A DNA stretch of 64,000 nucleotides from Octopus vulgaris (lineage: Eukaryota), in NCBI GenBank assembly GCA_951406725.2, contig OX597826.1, forward strand, positions 68,138,001 to 68,202,000. Reading direction: 5' to 3'. The notes below the pieces were generated by a model. That model saw nothing but the letters and a program-made list of their open reading frames with translations, did no database searches and was not told the origin of the DNA. Of the stretch, positions 12,713 to 26,609 are shown piece after piece. Position 1 is the stretch's first letter, and each line of letters opens with the position of its first letter. A program made the position numbers and the translations under genes.

Positions 12713-12902
12713 TTAGATAGATAGGTAGGTAGGTAGGTAGGTAGGTAGGTAGGTAGGTAGGTAGGTAGGTAGGTAGGTAGGTAGGTAGGTATGTAGGTCG
12801 GTAGGTAGGTAGATATGTAGGTAGGTAGGTAGAAAGTTAGTCAGATAGTTAGATAGATAGTTAGATGGATAATTAGATAGATATTTATGGATAGATAGAT
12901 AC

Positions 12903-12992
<90 letters not shown>

Positions 12993-13030
12993 GGAAAGAT
13001 GGATGAATGGAAGTATAGATGGATGGATGT
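12645..13030. repeat. (GATA)n/(GGTA)n tetranucleotide array
   Basis: Directly visible. Confidence 0.95.
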
Positions 13031-13439
13031 ATAAAGTTATAGATATTACTATGTATTACATAAGTAGATGAACACAACGACACATACTCTCTCTCTCCCT
13101 GCCTCTCTCTCACACTGACACACACACTCCCGAATTTACCCCCGCTTAACCCGGTTAGATATTTCAATTGGGTTTTGAAAGAATGAGTTTATTTTCATGG
13201 TATAACTTAGAAATTCATTATTCTTGTCTTTTGTTAAACGTGCGAAACACTACACATCAAAAGTAATTACTTTGTTCGTGATATTGAGTTCTTTTTATAT
13301 CATTTATACTTTACAGCGTAACTAATTGAAATTAGAAACACACTCTTAACCATTATAACACTGCAAATATAAGGAATGAACGCTCTGAAAGAAACCAAAG
13401 TAGATAGATTGATCATTGAACTAATTACCCTTCTATAAT

Positions 13440-14410
13440 CGGTGAGATACATCCCTGTATCACCGAATTAGATCTATATAAAACAGCTAATCAATAAAGT
13501 AGAAAACGCCATCAAAAGATTTTGATGGAAAACTCACTTTTACGAGAACAACCAATTAACCCGACTATACGTCAGTTTCGAAATAAAAACACGGAACTGC
13601 CCACCACAGATCAAATATCTTAAATCCTTTGAAGCGGAATTGCTAGAAATAATCAGCTCTGTAAGATTTGCAAAAACACAGCAACTCTTTCTAACTTAAA
13701 ATGAAAGCACTATTAAGAATACTAACGTCTTTTAGTCATTTTAAGATGCGATATAAACCTGTACAAAATACTCTAAGATATCCAGGCGACATGTTTAATG
13801 AAAATATTATACAAAACTACGACAAAGCTAGGAAAAATTCTTCTGTTAGTCGTGAAGGGTAAATAAGAGCCACGACAAACAAACTGATATAGAAAATGCA
13901 GAGGTTAGCGAAACGCAAATTTTACGCAGACCACAGGGAAAAACTCGACACAAATCTCAAACACAGCTCTTTCTAACGTAAAATGAAAACACTGTTAAGG
14001 ACACTAACGACTTTTAGTCATTTTAAGATGCGATATAAACCTGTACAAAATACTCTAAGATATCCAGGCTACATGTTTAATGAAAATATTACACAAAACT
14101 ACGACAAAGCTAGCAAAAATTCTTCTTTTAGTCTTGAAGGGAAAGTAAGAGCCACGACAAATAAACTGATATAGAAATAGCAGAGCTTTGCGAAACGCAA
14201 ATCTTACGTAGACCACAGGGAAAAACTCGACACAAATCTCAAACGCAAGCAAACAAAACCTGCTGGAAACGAGCTAAGGAATTTCAGACATATAATAATA
14301 TAAATAAAAAGCGTAAATGACAAAATTAGAAATGCCACTGAGTCTGGGAACAATGAGAATAAGTCCAGTGAAAATAGTTAACTGGTTTAACAACGTTAGG
14401 GAGAAGTATT
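13440..14410 (+). pseudogene. decayed N-terminal region of a Penelope-like (Naiad-type) RT ORF
   Basis: Translates with stops to IPVSPN*IYIKQLINKVENAIKRF*WKTHFYE...KTRNCPPQIKYLKSFEAELLEIISSVRF...NENITQNYDKA...DHRE...VNWFNNV, resembling my recollection of the Naiad PLE N-terminus. Confidence 0.6.
13685..14247 (+). repeat. tandem duplication, 2 x about 282 bp, inside the PLE remnant
   Basis: CTCTTTCTAAC..AAAATGAAA starts at 13685 and 13967; both units end in CTCGACACAAATCTCAAAC. Confidence 0.92.
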
Positions 14411-15134
14411 ATGCAAATTGATCCCAGGACAGTTTTAGCAAAACTGAATCATTGACCTAAAATGCGGCAATGACAGGCCCAGATGAGACGTGTCCTCAGT
14501 ATATTGTAAACATAACCTAATGACTTCATTATGAGAATTAAGGGGAGGGAACCAAGCACTGAAATGCCTGATGTATGACAACAAATTACTCCTCTTATGA
14601 ACAAACATCCCTCCTACAAAGAGGAGAAAAAAACGTTGTAAACTGCAATTAATGTAAATGCATTATCATATACCTTATAATTTTCATCTTTAAATCATTG
14701 TGGCCATAATGTAGCACCGCCTCGAATTGTTTACTTGAGGGACTCAACCCCACTACTCTCTCTCTCTCACACACACACATATATATATATATATAAGTAT
14801 ATTTGCCACTTCAATGTGGCTAACCGTTAGCCGTATCTCTGGTATATCTTGTATATCTTCAATCATTTCATCCTGCTTTGGTGATGAGCCTGGAAATCAG
14901 AGGAGTGAGCGCGTGACTAGTCTTCTACCAGAAGTCTTTAACACTGCAATCAGCATCCGGCACAACTCAGGATTTTGACTTCTCCAAATCCAATACAAAC
15001 GGCCGACATGATATTGTGTGTCATATCGTTCTATTATGATGCCCATAGGTGTCAGTGAATACGCAAAGTTCTCCAGTGTCGTAGGATTTGAGGGCACACG
15101 GAAGGTGTAGCATACCTCAGAGCAGGTTGCATTC

Positions 15135-15169
<35 letters not shown>

Positions 15170-15224
15170 GGTGTCTGTGTGTGTATATATGTGTGTGTGT
15201 AAGTGGGTGTGTGTGTGTGTGTGT

Positions 15225-15562
15225 GAAGGCGCATGGCTCAGTGGTTAGGGCGTCGAGCTTACGATCGTGAGGTTGTGAGTTCGAATCCCGGACCGGGCTG
15301 CGTGTTGTCTTCTTCAGAAAGACACTTTATTTCACGTTGCGCCAATAATCTCAGCCTTAGAAATGATTTATGACGTCACAGGTGCCAGGCCGTATCGGCC
15401 TTTGCCTTTCCTTCGGATAACACTGGTGGCGTGGAGAGGGGAGGCCGCTATGCATGGGTGGCTGCTAGTTTTCCATAAAAACAACGTTTACCGGACTCGT
15501 TCCTGGGAGGGTAACTTTCTAGGTGCAATCCCATGGTCTGAATCTTAACCGAAGGGGGTCTC
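15225..15562 (+). mobile_element. family D tRNA-derived SINE (CORE-like centre)
   Basis: GAAGGCGCATGGCTCAGTGGTTAG...GAGTTCGAATCCC head and CCCATGGTC...ACCGAAGGGGGTCTC end; second copy at 27650-27983. Confidence 0.85.
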
Positions 15563-15579
15563 AGAATATATATATATAT

Positions 15580-15644
<65 letters not shown>

Positions 15645-15646
15645 TA

Positions 15647-15721
<75 letters not shown>

Positions 15722-16013
15722 TTAAATAGAGTTTACAAAAAACACCTTAAAGTGATAAAAATATCCAATAATTTACTGGTTTGTTACTTATTTGTCTGTT
15801 GAAATGTTAGTTACCCATTTGTCTGTGGTGATTTTTTGGGAATTATAGCATATAACAACCTAACGATGTTTTTTTTACTCACCTAACGAGATTTTGCTCA
15901 CTAAGATGTTTCAACTACTGGAATTTAATTCTTTTGGACAAAATAGAACATGCTGAATTTTTACAGTTAATAATTCATATTAACGCTAATTCTCTATTTT
16001 CTGGATTTTAATT

Positions 16014-16045
<32 letters not shown>

Positions 16046-16046
16046 A

Positions 16047-16260
16047 CGGGGAAGTTTACGAAATTAAACAAAAGACGAAGGCAGGTGGAATACAAACAAA
16101 CAAATGTATTAGTATAGCGCTCAGGAATAGAAATAGAAAAAGTCTTTTCCTTTTCGAGCCTACACTCTTCAACAGAAAGATACATTTAAAAAAACAAGGA
16201 GAGAAAGAAGGAGAGAAAAAATGCGTGTAGGAGCTAACGATCTATCATGGCGTCCTGACT
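16047..16260 (-). mobile_element. Penelope-like pLTR fragment with hammerhead-like motif
   Basis: Minus strand TCTTT-CTGTTGA-A-GAGT-GTAG-GCTC-GAAA..A-AAAGA (16143-16180); embedded in TA runs. Confidence 0.55.
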
Positions 16261-16270
16261 TTGGACAACC

Positions 16271-16346
<76 letters not shown>

Positions 16347-17176
16347 GTAATGCAAATGCTGTACCGGGTCTAAGAATTGAAACCACTATCTCGTGATGGT
16401 GAAGATCACTTCATCTCACATTACTTTGCGATCATTTAAACACCTAACACGTGTTACACCGTGCAACCGTTCGGGTAATGTCGATTTAGTGGAGGGTGTA
16501 AGCTAATGTACGGCACATACATTTGATCACTATGAACAACTTATTCGAGCAGATTGTTCGACAAAAGTTGAGCACTCACCCGTAGTCTTCGACGGGAGAT
16601 TTCATCATATATATACATAGACACATGTGAATACATACAAAATATATAATATATCAGTGTGAATGTACTCATGTATATGCTTCTGTATAGACATATAGAC
16701 TTGAAGCACACGGTGTATACGCGACACATACAATAGCTTATAGAAAAAAGTGTAAGAATAAATATATGAATAACGCTCAATGAATATAGAAATAAGAAAC
16801 ACCATTCCGTATGTGTTGAAGATATATAATAAATGATACATATGACAGAGTATAAAGATATTAACATGATATACAGTACACACATGCATAGGATATACGA
16901 TATTGATATAAAATATATCAAATACATTTAGGAATACGATATATAATGCATATATATATGAAAGTCTTATAACGCATACATAAACATAACATTAAATATG
17001 TCACTCGTTCGTCTTTTATTTATATTCGTTCTGCGTCTGCAATATATGTGTATTGTATATCTTATTTATATGAATATGTCTTACGTCTATATCTACTACA
17101 AGACTTGTTTTCATATTACATTTATTACCTGTGTATAAGTCGTATGTTTAGATATTTATAACACATACGTCCGTAA

Positions 17177-17236
<60 letters not shown>

Positions 17237-17850
17237 GTATGTATATAGACAGATAGATATATAGATAAATAGATAATGTATGACATACAATACCTACGTA
17301 TGTGTGGAAGATAAACAAAGTTACATAGAAACATACATTGCAAACATACATATACATATATACACACACAACTAATAGTGTATATACGCATAACATAAAA
17401 ACATATGTAAACAAAATACACCATAAACACGTAAATAAATTCTACAATAAAAGTAGAAAGATCAGAAAAACAAAAGATTCTGTAATTTATCAATACCGAT
17501 TTAATGGCGTTCGCTCGCTCGTTTCACGTTGTTTGATTTATATTGAAATTATCCCAAACTGTATATTGCTTTATAGAACTGATAGTTGCGGTGGTGGTAC
17601 TGGTGGTTCTGGTGGTACTAGTTTTGTTGGTAGCGTTCAGTGATAGTAGAGATGTTGGTAGTCGTCGTGGTGGTACTCGTAGTGATAGCGGTGGTGGTAC
17701 GTGTGACTGCGTCGTTGTCAGTGTTCAGCGATAGGTGATGACAGTAGCAGCCGTGGTGCAGGTGGCGCTAGTAGAGGAGATGTTACTTGCTGTGGTCTTC
17801 TTCTTCTTCTAATCAGGACTCACGCTATTAGTCTCAAAGTATAATCTCTA

Positions 17851-18005
17851 ATTCGAGCCTTTCTGTCTCCGTCTTACCAAATCCATTTACAAGGATTTGG
17901 TCGGCCCGCGGCTATATTAGACGACACTTGCAATACAGTGGGACTGAACCCAGAACGATGAGGCTGGGAAGCAAGCTTCTTACCACACAATCACGTCTGC
18001 GCCTA
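17851..18005 (-). mobile_element. family A SINE left arm
   Basis: TACCAAATCCA...CAGTGGGACTGAACCC...CTTACCACACA. Confidence 0.75.
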
Positions 18006-18566
18006 ATGGGGATATATGTCCTTCAATTATGGTGACATTTGTTTTTTTTTTTCATTCTCTTATAATAGTGTTGACAACGCTGATATTACTGTTACGTGGC
18101 GGGACGGTATCTGTCGTATTGAAGTTAGCCGCCATGGTAACAGATAGACGATACTGTGGAGATATTAGTGGTAGTGATAAGAGTAGTGGTGGTGAGGATA
18201 ATGGTGGTGATGGTGGTGGTGATGTTAGCGACGAACGTAAGGCGATGGAGACTTTCTTAGTGTCTGAGGAAATAGAGATAGTGGCAGATATATTCGATGG
18301 TGTTGGCAGTAATGATGTACATTATCTTGGTCATGTAATTAACGCAGTGTCTGCTCATCCTGATGTATCTGTTGCTGGAGTTAGAGGCTCTTGGTATCCA
18401 ATGAAATAAGTACCAGTCATGTACTGGAGATCAACGAAATTGAATAGAATCCTCGTTCTCACTATCACCGCCGTCCAAGCCAAAAAAAATTCAAGCCTGG
18501 TGACTATAATAGCAAGAATTAATAACATTATCAGTATTATCATGAATATTAGTAGCAGTATTCTGC

Positions 18567-18690
18567 CAAGGTCGACTTTGCCTTTCATCCACCAGGGTGG
18601 ATAAAATAAATACCAGTATGACATTGGGGTCGACGTAACCGTCTTAACCCCCTCCACAGAAATTACTGGCCTTGTGCCAATATTTGCAAA
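18567..18690 (+). mobile_element. family B SINE fragment
   Basis: GGTCGACTTTGCCTTTCATCC...GGGGTCGA...GGCCTTGTGCCAA. Confidence 0.7.
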
Positions 18691-18699
18691 CATTGTTAT

Positions 18700-19145
18700 T
18701 GAGTGAGAGGACAACACATGCCATCAAAATGATACTGAGGTAGAAATATACGAAGCCCAGTGTACCCATCATGACTACCCGTCCGATAAGAGTACACGCA
18801 GCAGATGCATCACCACCATGTGTCCCCGACAGGGTAACCTTGTATCAAGGTAAACAGCGCTTGACCTCGCAGGTGAGGCCAGTTAGAGTTTTCTTCCTAT
18901 TGAGTAGCACATCCCGCTCAAAATCTTCACTGAATGAGGGTTGTTTAAGAATGTTGAGAGAAACACCCATGTTTCCAAAGCGGAATTATTCAAAGCCCAA
19001 AGAATCCCTCTCAACACATGGCTATGATGCTCCCCCACTATTTCTGCTCGTGATCAGAGATGCACATATTGTCAGCTACAAAAAGGGCATGCTCAACTGG
19101 TTATGGTCAAACAACAGACAAGCAAATCTTTGGTATTCAGGAGAA
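18700..19145 (-). mobile_element. unclassified interspersed repeat (family E)
   Basis: Aligns with 31339-31692; both share the left boundary GAGTGAGAG next to an ATT tract. Confidence 0.75.
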
Positions 19146-19169
19146 TAATAGCTGTAACACATCTTCGAA

Positions 19170-19207
19170 ATCATCATCATCATCAACATCATCATCAAAA
19201 TCACTAA

Positions 19208-19238
<31 letters not shown>

Positions 19239-19263
19239 TTTATTATTGTTATTATCATTATCC

Positions 19264-19351
<88 letters not shown>

Positions 19352-19372
19352 CATTATTATTATTATTATTAT

Positions 19373-19408
<36 letters not shown>

Positions 19409-19489
19409 CAGCAGTAGCAGTGGCAGTAGTAGCAGCAATAGTGGTAGCAGCAGCAGCAGCAGTAATAGCAGTAGTACTGGTAGTAGTAT

Positions 19490-19542
<53 letters not shown>

Positions 19543-20290
19543 TCAACCTCTGAGAAGGTTGTGTGTTTCTTCTAGTATTGATCGTCAGTAGGATTGATGT
19601 TAGATATTAGTTTGGTTGCCGTTGCTGATGTCAGTTTTGCTCGCCTTGTTAGTGATATTGATGTTGCCGATAGTGGTGATTACTATCTGAGAATCTATTT
19701 TTGCAAGTGAGAGTAATGCAAATGTTGATGGTGATGATGATGACGATGATGAAGCGGTGCTGGTTGTTGCTGTTGTTGTTTTTGTTGTTATTGTTATTGT
19801 TGTTATTGTAGGTGGTGGCGGTGGTGGTGATGAGGGTGTTGGTAATGAAGGTGGTGGTGGTATTGGTGGTGGTGTTGGTGGTAGTGATGATGTTGATGAA
19901 GACGCAGATAATGATGATGATGATGATGATAATGATGACGACGACGACGATGCCGACGACTACGGTGATGATGATAACTATGGCGATGATGACGCCGAAG
20001 ATTGTGATGATGATGGTGATGATGACGATAATGACGATGATGAAGTCGAAGATGATGATGATGATGGTGATGATGACGATGATGATGACGATGACGATGA
20101 CGATGATGATGATGACGATGACGACGATGACGATGACGATGATGATGATGATGATGATGGCGACGATGATGATGACAATGATGAAGACGATGAGGAAGAG
20201 GAGGATAACTACAGATGATTATGGCCGGAGATATGTTGGTTGTTGTGGTGGTGGCGGTGATGGCGTCGGTGGTGGCTATTTTTAGCGTAG
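19170..20290. repeat. compound ATT/AGT/GAT/GGT triplet field
   Basis: Directly visible. Confidence 0.9.
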
Positions 20291-21046
20291 GCGGTGTCAC
20301 GCGAGGCGGGGTCGTTGCGACAGTGTTTATAGTAATGAAATAATAAGAGTGTTATGTATTGGGTAACTAATGCCGCCTCAGTGTGGCAGTACTTAATGGA
20401 GGATCGATTGGGTGGCAGTTAGCATTGTTGTAAAAATAATGGCGGTCGGCCGGCACCATTATAGTTTATACAATTCATTTATTTTTTTTTTTCCTGGACT
20501 TTATTGGTGATAGGGTGGTGAGGTTTGGTGTGGGTATGGGTAAGATATCTTTCGGTCGAAGGTTAATTGTATTTAGCACTGAGCGTCATGGGGGATGTTT
20601 GATTGATGTGAAGTATAGAAATGAGGTCTTGTTGGATGCGAGGCGCGAGTTTATCTAGTCTATATTTCTATCGATCTGACCTATTTGTTGTTTGTGTTGT
20701 TGTTGTTGCAATAACCGGCATCTTTAGATCTAGAATTTGCTGCAACAGAAAGAGGTAGAGAGAAAGAGAGGGAGAGAGAGAAGAAGAAGAAGAACGAAAT
20801 AAGGAGGGGGAGGGAAGGAGGGAGGGAGAGAGAGGGAAGTCATTTAAAACTACACTCGTAATAAAATTATACATACGTAAGCACATGCGCATACAAATTC
20901 ATGCATTCAAGCACATTATACACACACGAACAGGAAGGACGATGTTACTGTATATATATATATGTATATATATATATATGTATATATATATACATATGTA
21001 CATATACAAACATCCACATATATATCTATATACATATATGTATATA

Positions 21047-21103
<57 letters not shown>

Positions 21104-21242
21104 ATAGATATATATGTGTGTGTGTATCTATATACATATATGTGTATATATATATATATACATATATGTATGTATATATGTATATATATATGTATATATA
21201 TACATATATATACATACATATATATATATATATATATACATA

Positions 21243-21295
<53 letters not shown>

Positions 21296-21996
21296 GTGTG
21301 TGTCTATAACATATACATACACATGTGCTAAATGATTATATGGGTGTGCACGTATGCAGATATTTGCGAATGCATTATTGATGGACATAGTCAGAAATGT
21401 ATGTAGACAAATATATGAAGTTCTCCTCCCGAATAACGCTTATGACCAACAAACACAAGCGTATACGCACATATGCTCACATGTCCATCGACACACCCAT
21501 AGGAACATACGTGCACTGACGACACACTGTCGTAAAAGCCTGCACACATACAGGCATATATCGATGATGTATTTCCAATGTCACGACAAAGGCCAACAGA
21601 CACCCACCCATTCTCAGTCAATAATATATGATACGCTAACATATTCACGATATACCGAAATTTCTCAATCTCTCTCTCTATCTCTATCTCTGTGTCTCTC
21701 TCTCTCTCTTTCTCTCGTATACATACATGAATATATATATATATATAGACCATATATACGTATACACACATACACACACAACACACGCTCAAATATATAT
21801 GTATATATATAGTTATATGAATGTGTGTGTCTGTATATTTATAGGTCATCTTTTATTAACATTATTAACATAATTAGATAAAACGCGTACACACACATAC
21901 ACACACACATATATGCATAATGTAAGGCACATTGAAAACACACACATGCACGCACAGATAAATATATATATGTGTGTGTGTTTATATATGTATAAG

Positions 21997-22063
<67 letters not shown>

Positions 22064-22370
22064 GAGTGTGTGTATGTATTTATCGGTCATCGTGCATTAA
22101 CATTATTAGACACAACGCATGTACACACACACACACACACACACATATATATGCAAGCAAATACGTAAAGTTTATGTAGGCTTGTGATTTCTTTTCCTCA
22201 AATGAAATAGAAGTGTGTTAAACGCAACACGTTTGTCTGAATTTATACACATGTAAGCGTACCGCGTGAAGGTGTATGTAAATATGTATACGTGTAAGTT
22301 CATAGACGTATGCAATCATATGTACGTGCATATAGCTATATATGCTCATGTATGTGTCTATCTACTTGTG

Positions 22371-22416
<46 letters not shown>

Positions 22417-22419
<3 letters not shown>

Positions 22420-22628
22420 GGCGTCCCAGAGGTCACGCGCCATTCTGTTTTCATTAAAAAATAATTGAAAGCATTTTATTTTATTATATATTTTTTCTGC
22501 ATGTTTTATTGTAGAGAGCGCTCAATTTGAGCATTTGTTATGATTAATTTCAATAAAGTGTTTTTGAAATCAATAAGGTTGTATTCTTTTAAAAAACCGG
22601 GATGGTGCGCATCTTCTTGGACACTCCG
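22417..22628. mobile_element. Tc1/mariner-type MITE, about 212 bp
   Basis: TA-flanked imperfect TIRs CAGGGCGTCCCAGAGG..GCGCCATTCTG versus reverse complement CGGAGTGTCCAAGAAG..GCACCATCCCG. Confidence 0.7.
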
Positions 22629-22700
<72 letters not shown>

Positions 22701-22711
22701 CCATATATATA

Positions 22712-22842
22712 ACAAATAAAGTATTATTGGACGCTCAGGAAAGAAGGAAGGAGGGTTTAACGTTTCGAGCGGAGTTCTTCGTAAACAAAGGAGAAGGAAG
22801 ATCCGAGAAGGGAAGACAGAGGAAAAAATTGCTGGCGGTGAT
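22712..22842 (-). mobile_element. Penelope-like pLTR fragment, decayed hammerhead-like motif
   Basis: Minus strand GTTT-ACGAAGAACTCCGCTC-GAAACGTT-AAAC; shares CGCTCAGGAA with the 16047 copy. Confidence 0.45.
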
Positions 22843-22966
22843 GTACGTTTGTGCATGTGAGTATATATGTATGTACATACGTGCATATGTGTGTATATAT
22901 ATATATACATTACATATACATACATACATACATACATACATACATACATACATACATACATACATA

Positions 22967-24593
22967 CATTGCTATCCAAATGTTTAAGATCACCTTCAAA
23001 TGTTAGTGGAATTTTTATTTCAATGTCATCGAATTAGATAATTGTTGGGACTAAACACATAGAATAACATATTGCGTAAAGTTTGGAGTGTATTCTGTAT
23101 GGAATAACACAATTTATACATATTTTATATGCAAATAATCAAATTTCTTGATGGCAAGCCTATGTTGTCAAAATCATTTTAGCTCCACTTTTTGACAACT
23201 TTGCAATTCATTTTGATTATTTACATACCTTATGTGCTGTCGGTCGAGATAGCATCACTTAATGACTGCTTTAAATGCACTAATGTTTCTTCCCGGTCCA
23301 ATTATTGAAAATAAGTAAAATTAGTGAAATTCCTAAAAATCAATCTACATATAGGCAGGAATTTATCACCTGAAAAGAGACAAGGCATTGTCACATTACG
23401 ATGTTGGGGGCTGCTATTGTTTTCGAGATAGAGCGAAAAGCGTTAAAGTTTTCTACCTTGCCGTTCGCTCCGCCATTGAAAGAGATAAGGCAACAGGAAG
23501 AAATAACGACAGAGATCGGTCAGGTCATCCGGAAGTGACTTCTATATCACAGGATATGTTCATAAGAGTCACTAGTCTGTGAAACAGGTGTTTGATAGCA
23601 ATTGAAATCGCTGCACAGGTGAATCCAGCGAAGCTAACGTGTCTCCTACAACCGAGGGGATATGATGCATTGCTGCCGGTCTAAATGGCCGTTATGCTGC
23701 CAGAAAACCACTGCTTCGATATGTGAATAAACGTATGTGACCCATATGAGCTAGAGAATACCAAACCTGGACCATTGGCAAATGGAAACGAGTTCTGATG
23801 AACTCTGGACTGATGAATCAAAATTTGAAATCTGATACAGGTGCAGAGTTTATGAGCGGTGAAGAATTGGTGAACGGATGATTCCTGAGTGTAAAATTCC
23901 AGCTGTAAAGTATGGTGGGGGGAGTGTTATTATGTGGGGGTGTTTTGTAAACAATAGTGTCGAGGATATTCATCGGGTAATAGGCATATTGAACCAAAAC
24001 GGTTATCATTTTATCTTGAACCAAAACGGGTATCACTCTATCATGCCATTTTATCTGGGATGAGGCTGATCGGTGATAATTTGCGGCTGATGCAAGATAA
24101 CGATCCTAAACATACTTGTAAGCTATGCAGAAACTATTTAAAGAAGAAAAAGGATAAAAAAGGACGGCCGTAATGAAATTACCAGACTAACCCCTCCCCG
24201 ATTGCAATCCCATCGAAATTGCATGAGATGAAATGAATCGCAGAGTCAAAAACTGACCATCAAGTTGTGCAAAACCGTCTGGAGACTCTTAAAAGAGGAG
24301 TGTTACAATATTACCAGCGAATATTTCAATCCATTGGTCGAAGGAATACTCAGACTATGTTCCACAATCGTCAAATTCAACGCTAGATATTTCAATGAAT
24401 CTATGACTTAGAGTTTCTTTTTCTGACTTTTCACTGTTTTAATTGTTTGGTGAGTTAATCAAGTCATCCAATGAATGTATCTATACAGTAATAACATATT
24501 TCACCAGAATCATGTCTGTTACTTCCATTGTGTAGATGTTTTGATGTTTTACCAAAATAAGTTTAAGAAATTTTAAAATTTTGGATAGTAGTA
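22967..24593 (+). mobile_element. full-length decayed Tc1 transposon, about 1.63 kb
   Basis: TA-flanked TIRs CATTGCTATCCAAA / TTTGGATAGTAGTA with an internal transposase remnant. Confidence 0.85.
23350..24410 (+). pseudogene. Tc1 DDE transposase pseudogene
   Basis: Motifs RKPLL, WTDESKF, KYGGGSVIMWGCF, MQDNDPKHT and PDCNPIE, with many stops and frameshifts. Confidence 0.9.
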
Positions 24594-24618
24594 TATATAT
24601 ATATATATATATATATAT

Positions 24619-25353
24619 TGAAGGGTTGGATTTCCTTTTCAAACAAGGTCAGAGCTTCACAATTAAAACTGGTTTCACTTGTGCCTCTGTGAGCCTAATT
24701 TATGTAATAACATGCTCGGGTTGCGGACACCACTATATTGGACAAACGAGCATGACCTTGAGAAAGAGAACCGCTCTACATAAAGAGCAAATCCGTTTGC
24801 CGCAACACGGGCACATTCCTCTTAGTGAACATATAAATAAATGTGCGGGTAACATCAAACCAAATTTCACAGTCTTCCCTTTCTACCAGTGCAAAGACAC
24901 AACCTCTCAACTAGAACGTTTAAATAAAGAAACTTTTCTCATTGAAAATACAAACAAGTCTTAATATGCACGCATAAACAACTTTTATCTTTTTACATAT
25001 TTCAGTTCACGATTACATCATTGTACATAAATCCACTACTAAACCAGGTTTTTGGAACTCGTCTCTGTCTGTACACATATATAATCCATACCCATTATTG
25101 AAAGCTGAACAGTTATCTCCTTTACCCACAACAATAACAATAATAACGACAACCAATTACCTCCCATTACTTATCTACTTTTTAAGTCATTCACTCGGGA
25201 ATTTCATCACACACAACATGGACAAAATTTCTTCTTAAGAAAAGATATTCAAATAAATAAAACATAATATCATGAATAGCGATAGTGAAAACGGTCGATA
25301 TATTAAAAATTATATTAAAATTATGTAAATGTGCGTATTTTCCATTTTTAATT

Positions 25354-25358
<5 letters not shown>
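24619..25358 (+). mobile_element. 5'-truncated Penelope-like element: GIY-YIG endonuclease C-terminus (24619-24964) plus 3' pLTR
   Basis: FTCASVSLIYVITCSGCGHHYIGQTSMTLRKR..LH..I...LSEH is a PLE GIY-YIG pattern with CxxC. Decayed hammerhead-like ATATC...GAAAACGGTC-GATAT at 25267-25301. Flanked by TA runs. Confidence 0.85.
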
Positions 25359-25446
<88 letters not shown>

Positions 25447-26609
25447 CATACATATATACATATATAATTGAATAGAGTCTATAGGAAGGAGTACATTTAG
25501 ACAGCTATTTAATACATATTTTCTGATACATGCTGGAATACTGCCTGCTATTTGGGAATTCTAAACGTGAACGAGCTCTATTTTGTATTTTGTACTCTCA
25601 TACGTTCCTAACGGAATGCACTTTAATTATATGTGTGTGTGCTTGTGTGTATGCATAAGTGTGCGTGTGTATGTATATATGTATGTACGCCTGTATATAT
25701 GTTTGTATGTATGTATGTAAATAAAACTACTTACACAATACCACTAACCAGACGCGTAAATCTTCAGACACAAATACTTGTGTTCGCATAGGTATGTTAC
25801 GCATACATACGTATATACCCATACACGCAATCTCACAAAGATGTATGCATGTATGTATGTTTGCACGATGTACACACATATACATATATATATATATATA
25901 TATATATTTCCTAAGTTTATATCTATGTAAACATTACTTTTACTATTTCGCATGTCCATGGTCATAGTTTAGACGAAATAGCAGGACACTAGTCACGTGG
26001 CCATTTGTTTAAACAAAATGCCATTTTTTATTGGATGCATACTGGTTTATTTTCAAAATGGCGTATCATACTTGTGTACAGTATTGATAAATTTACAGAT
26101 AACCGAGCATTTTATGGGATAAAATGACATTTAATTGCTGTTAAATACTTGTTTTAAAGCAGAGTTGATCTATACGTTAGGATGAGTGGCTCCAATTCTT
26201 CTATACAAGGCGTCCTTCGCTGTAATTTTGTTTGAAGTGAATTTCTTTAAAGAAGAAATGTTGACTCTTTCTCTAGTAGTATTAAAAAATAAAGGAATAT
26301 GCTATACTAAAGATATTTTCAATAATGCTTAATTAAACACACAGACTTGAAGCATTGTTGCAAATATTTGCAAATATCATGAAGGCATAAAATTATTTCC
26401 AAGCCATTGGCAGTTTGAGAACGTTATATGGATTAACCGTTTGCAAATCATACATTCTTTAGAAATGTATATTAACACCGGCATGTTCGCATCATTTCAT
26501 TCTTAAACATTGCAATGTATAGCATAAACCTTTTGTTTTAGGTGCATGCCTATCTATGGTATTTATAGTCTTCCGTTTCAAACAAATTTATTACTATCAC
26601 TTCCTGAAC

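Noticed and set aside
14880-14920. Hammerhead-like TGATGAGCCTGGAAATCAG
   Set aside because: No properly placed GAAA box or stem I.
15225-15300. tRNA genes (also at about 420-490, 1480-1549, 27910-27983, 29545-29610, 38141-38212, 56451-56525)
   Set aside because: They have A/B boxes but poor acceptor stems and continue into shared SINE bodies, so they are SINE heads.
24581-24964. Host GIY-YIG nuclease gene
   Set aside because: The ORF start lies in a Tc1 TIR and TA run, the motifs are PLE-type, and a pLTR-like tail follows.
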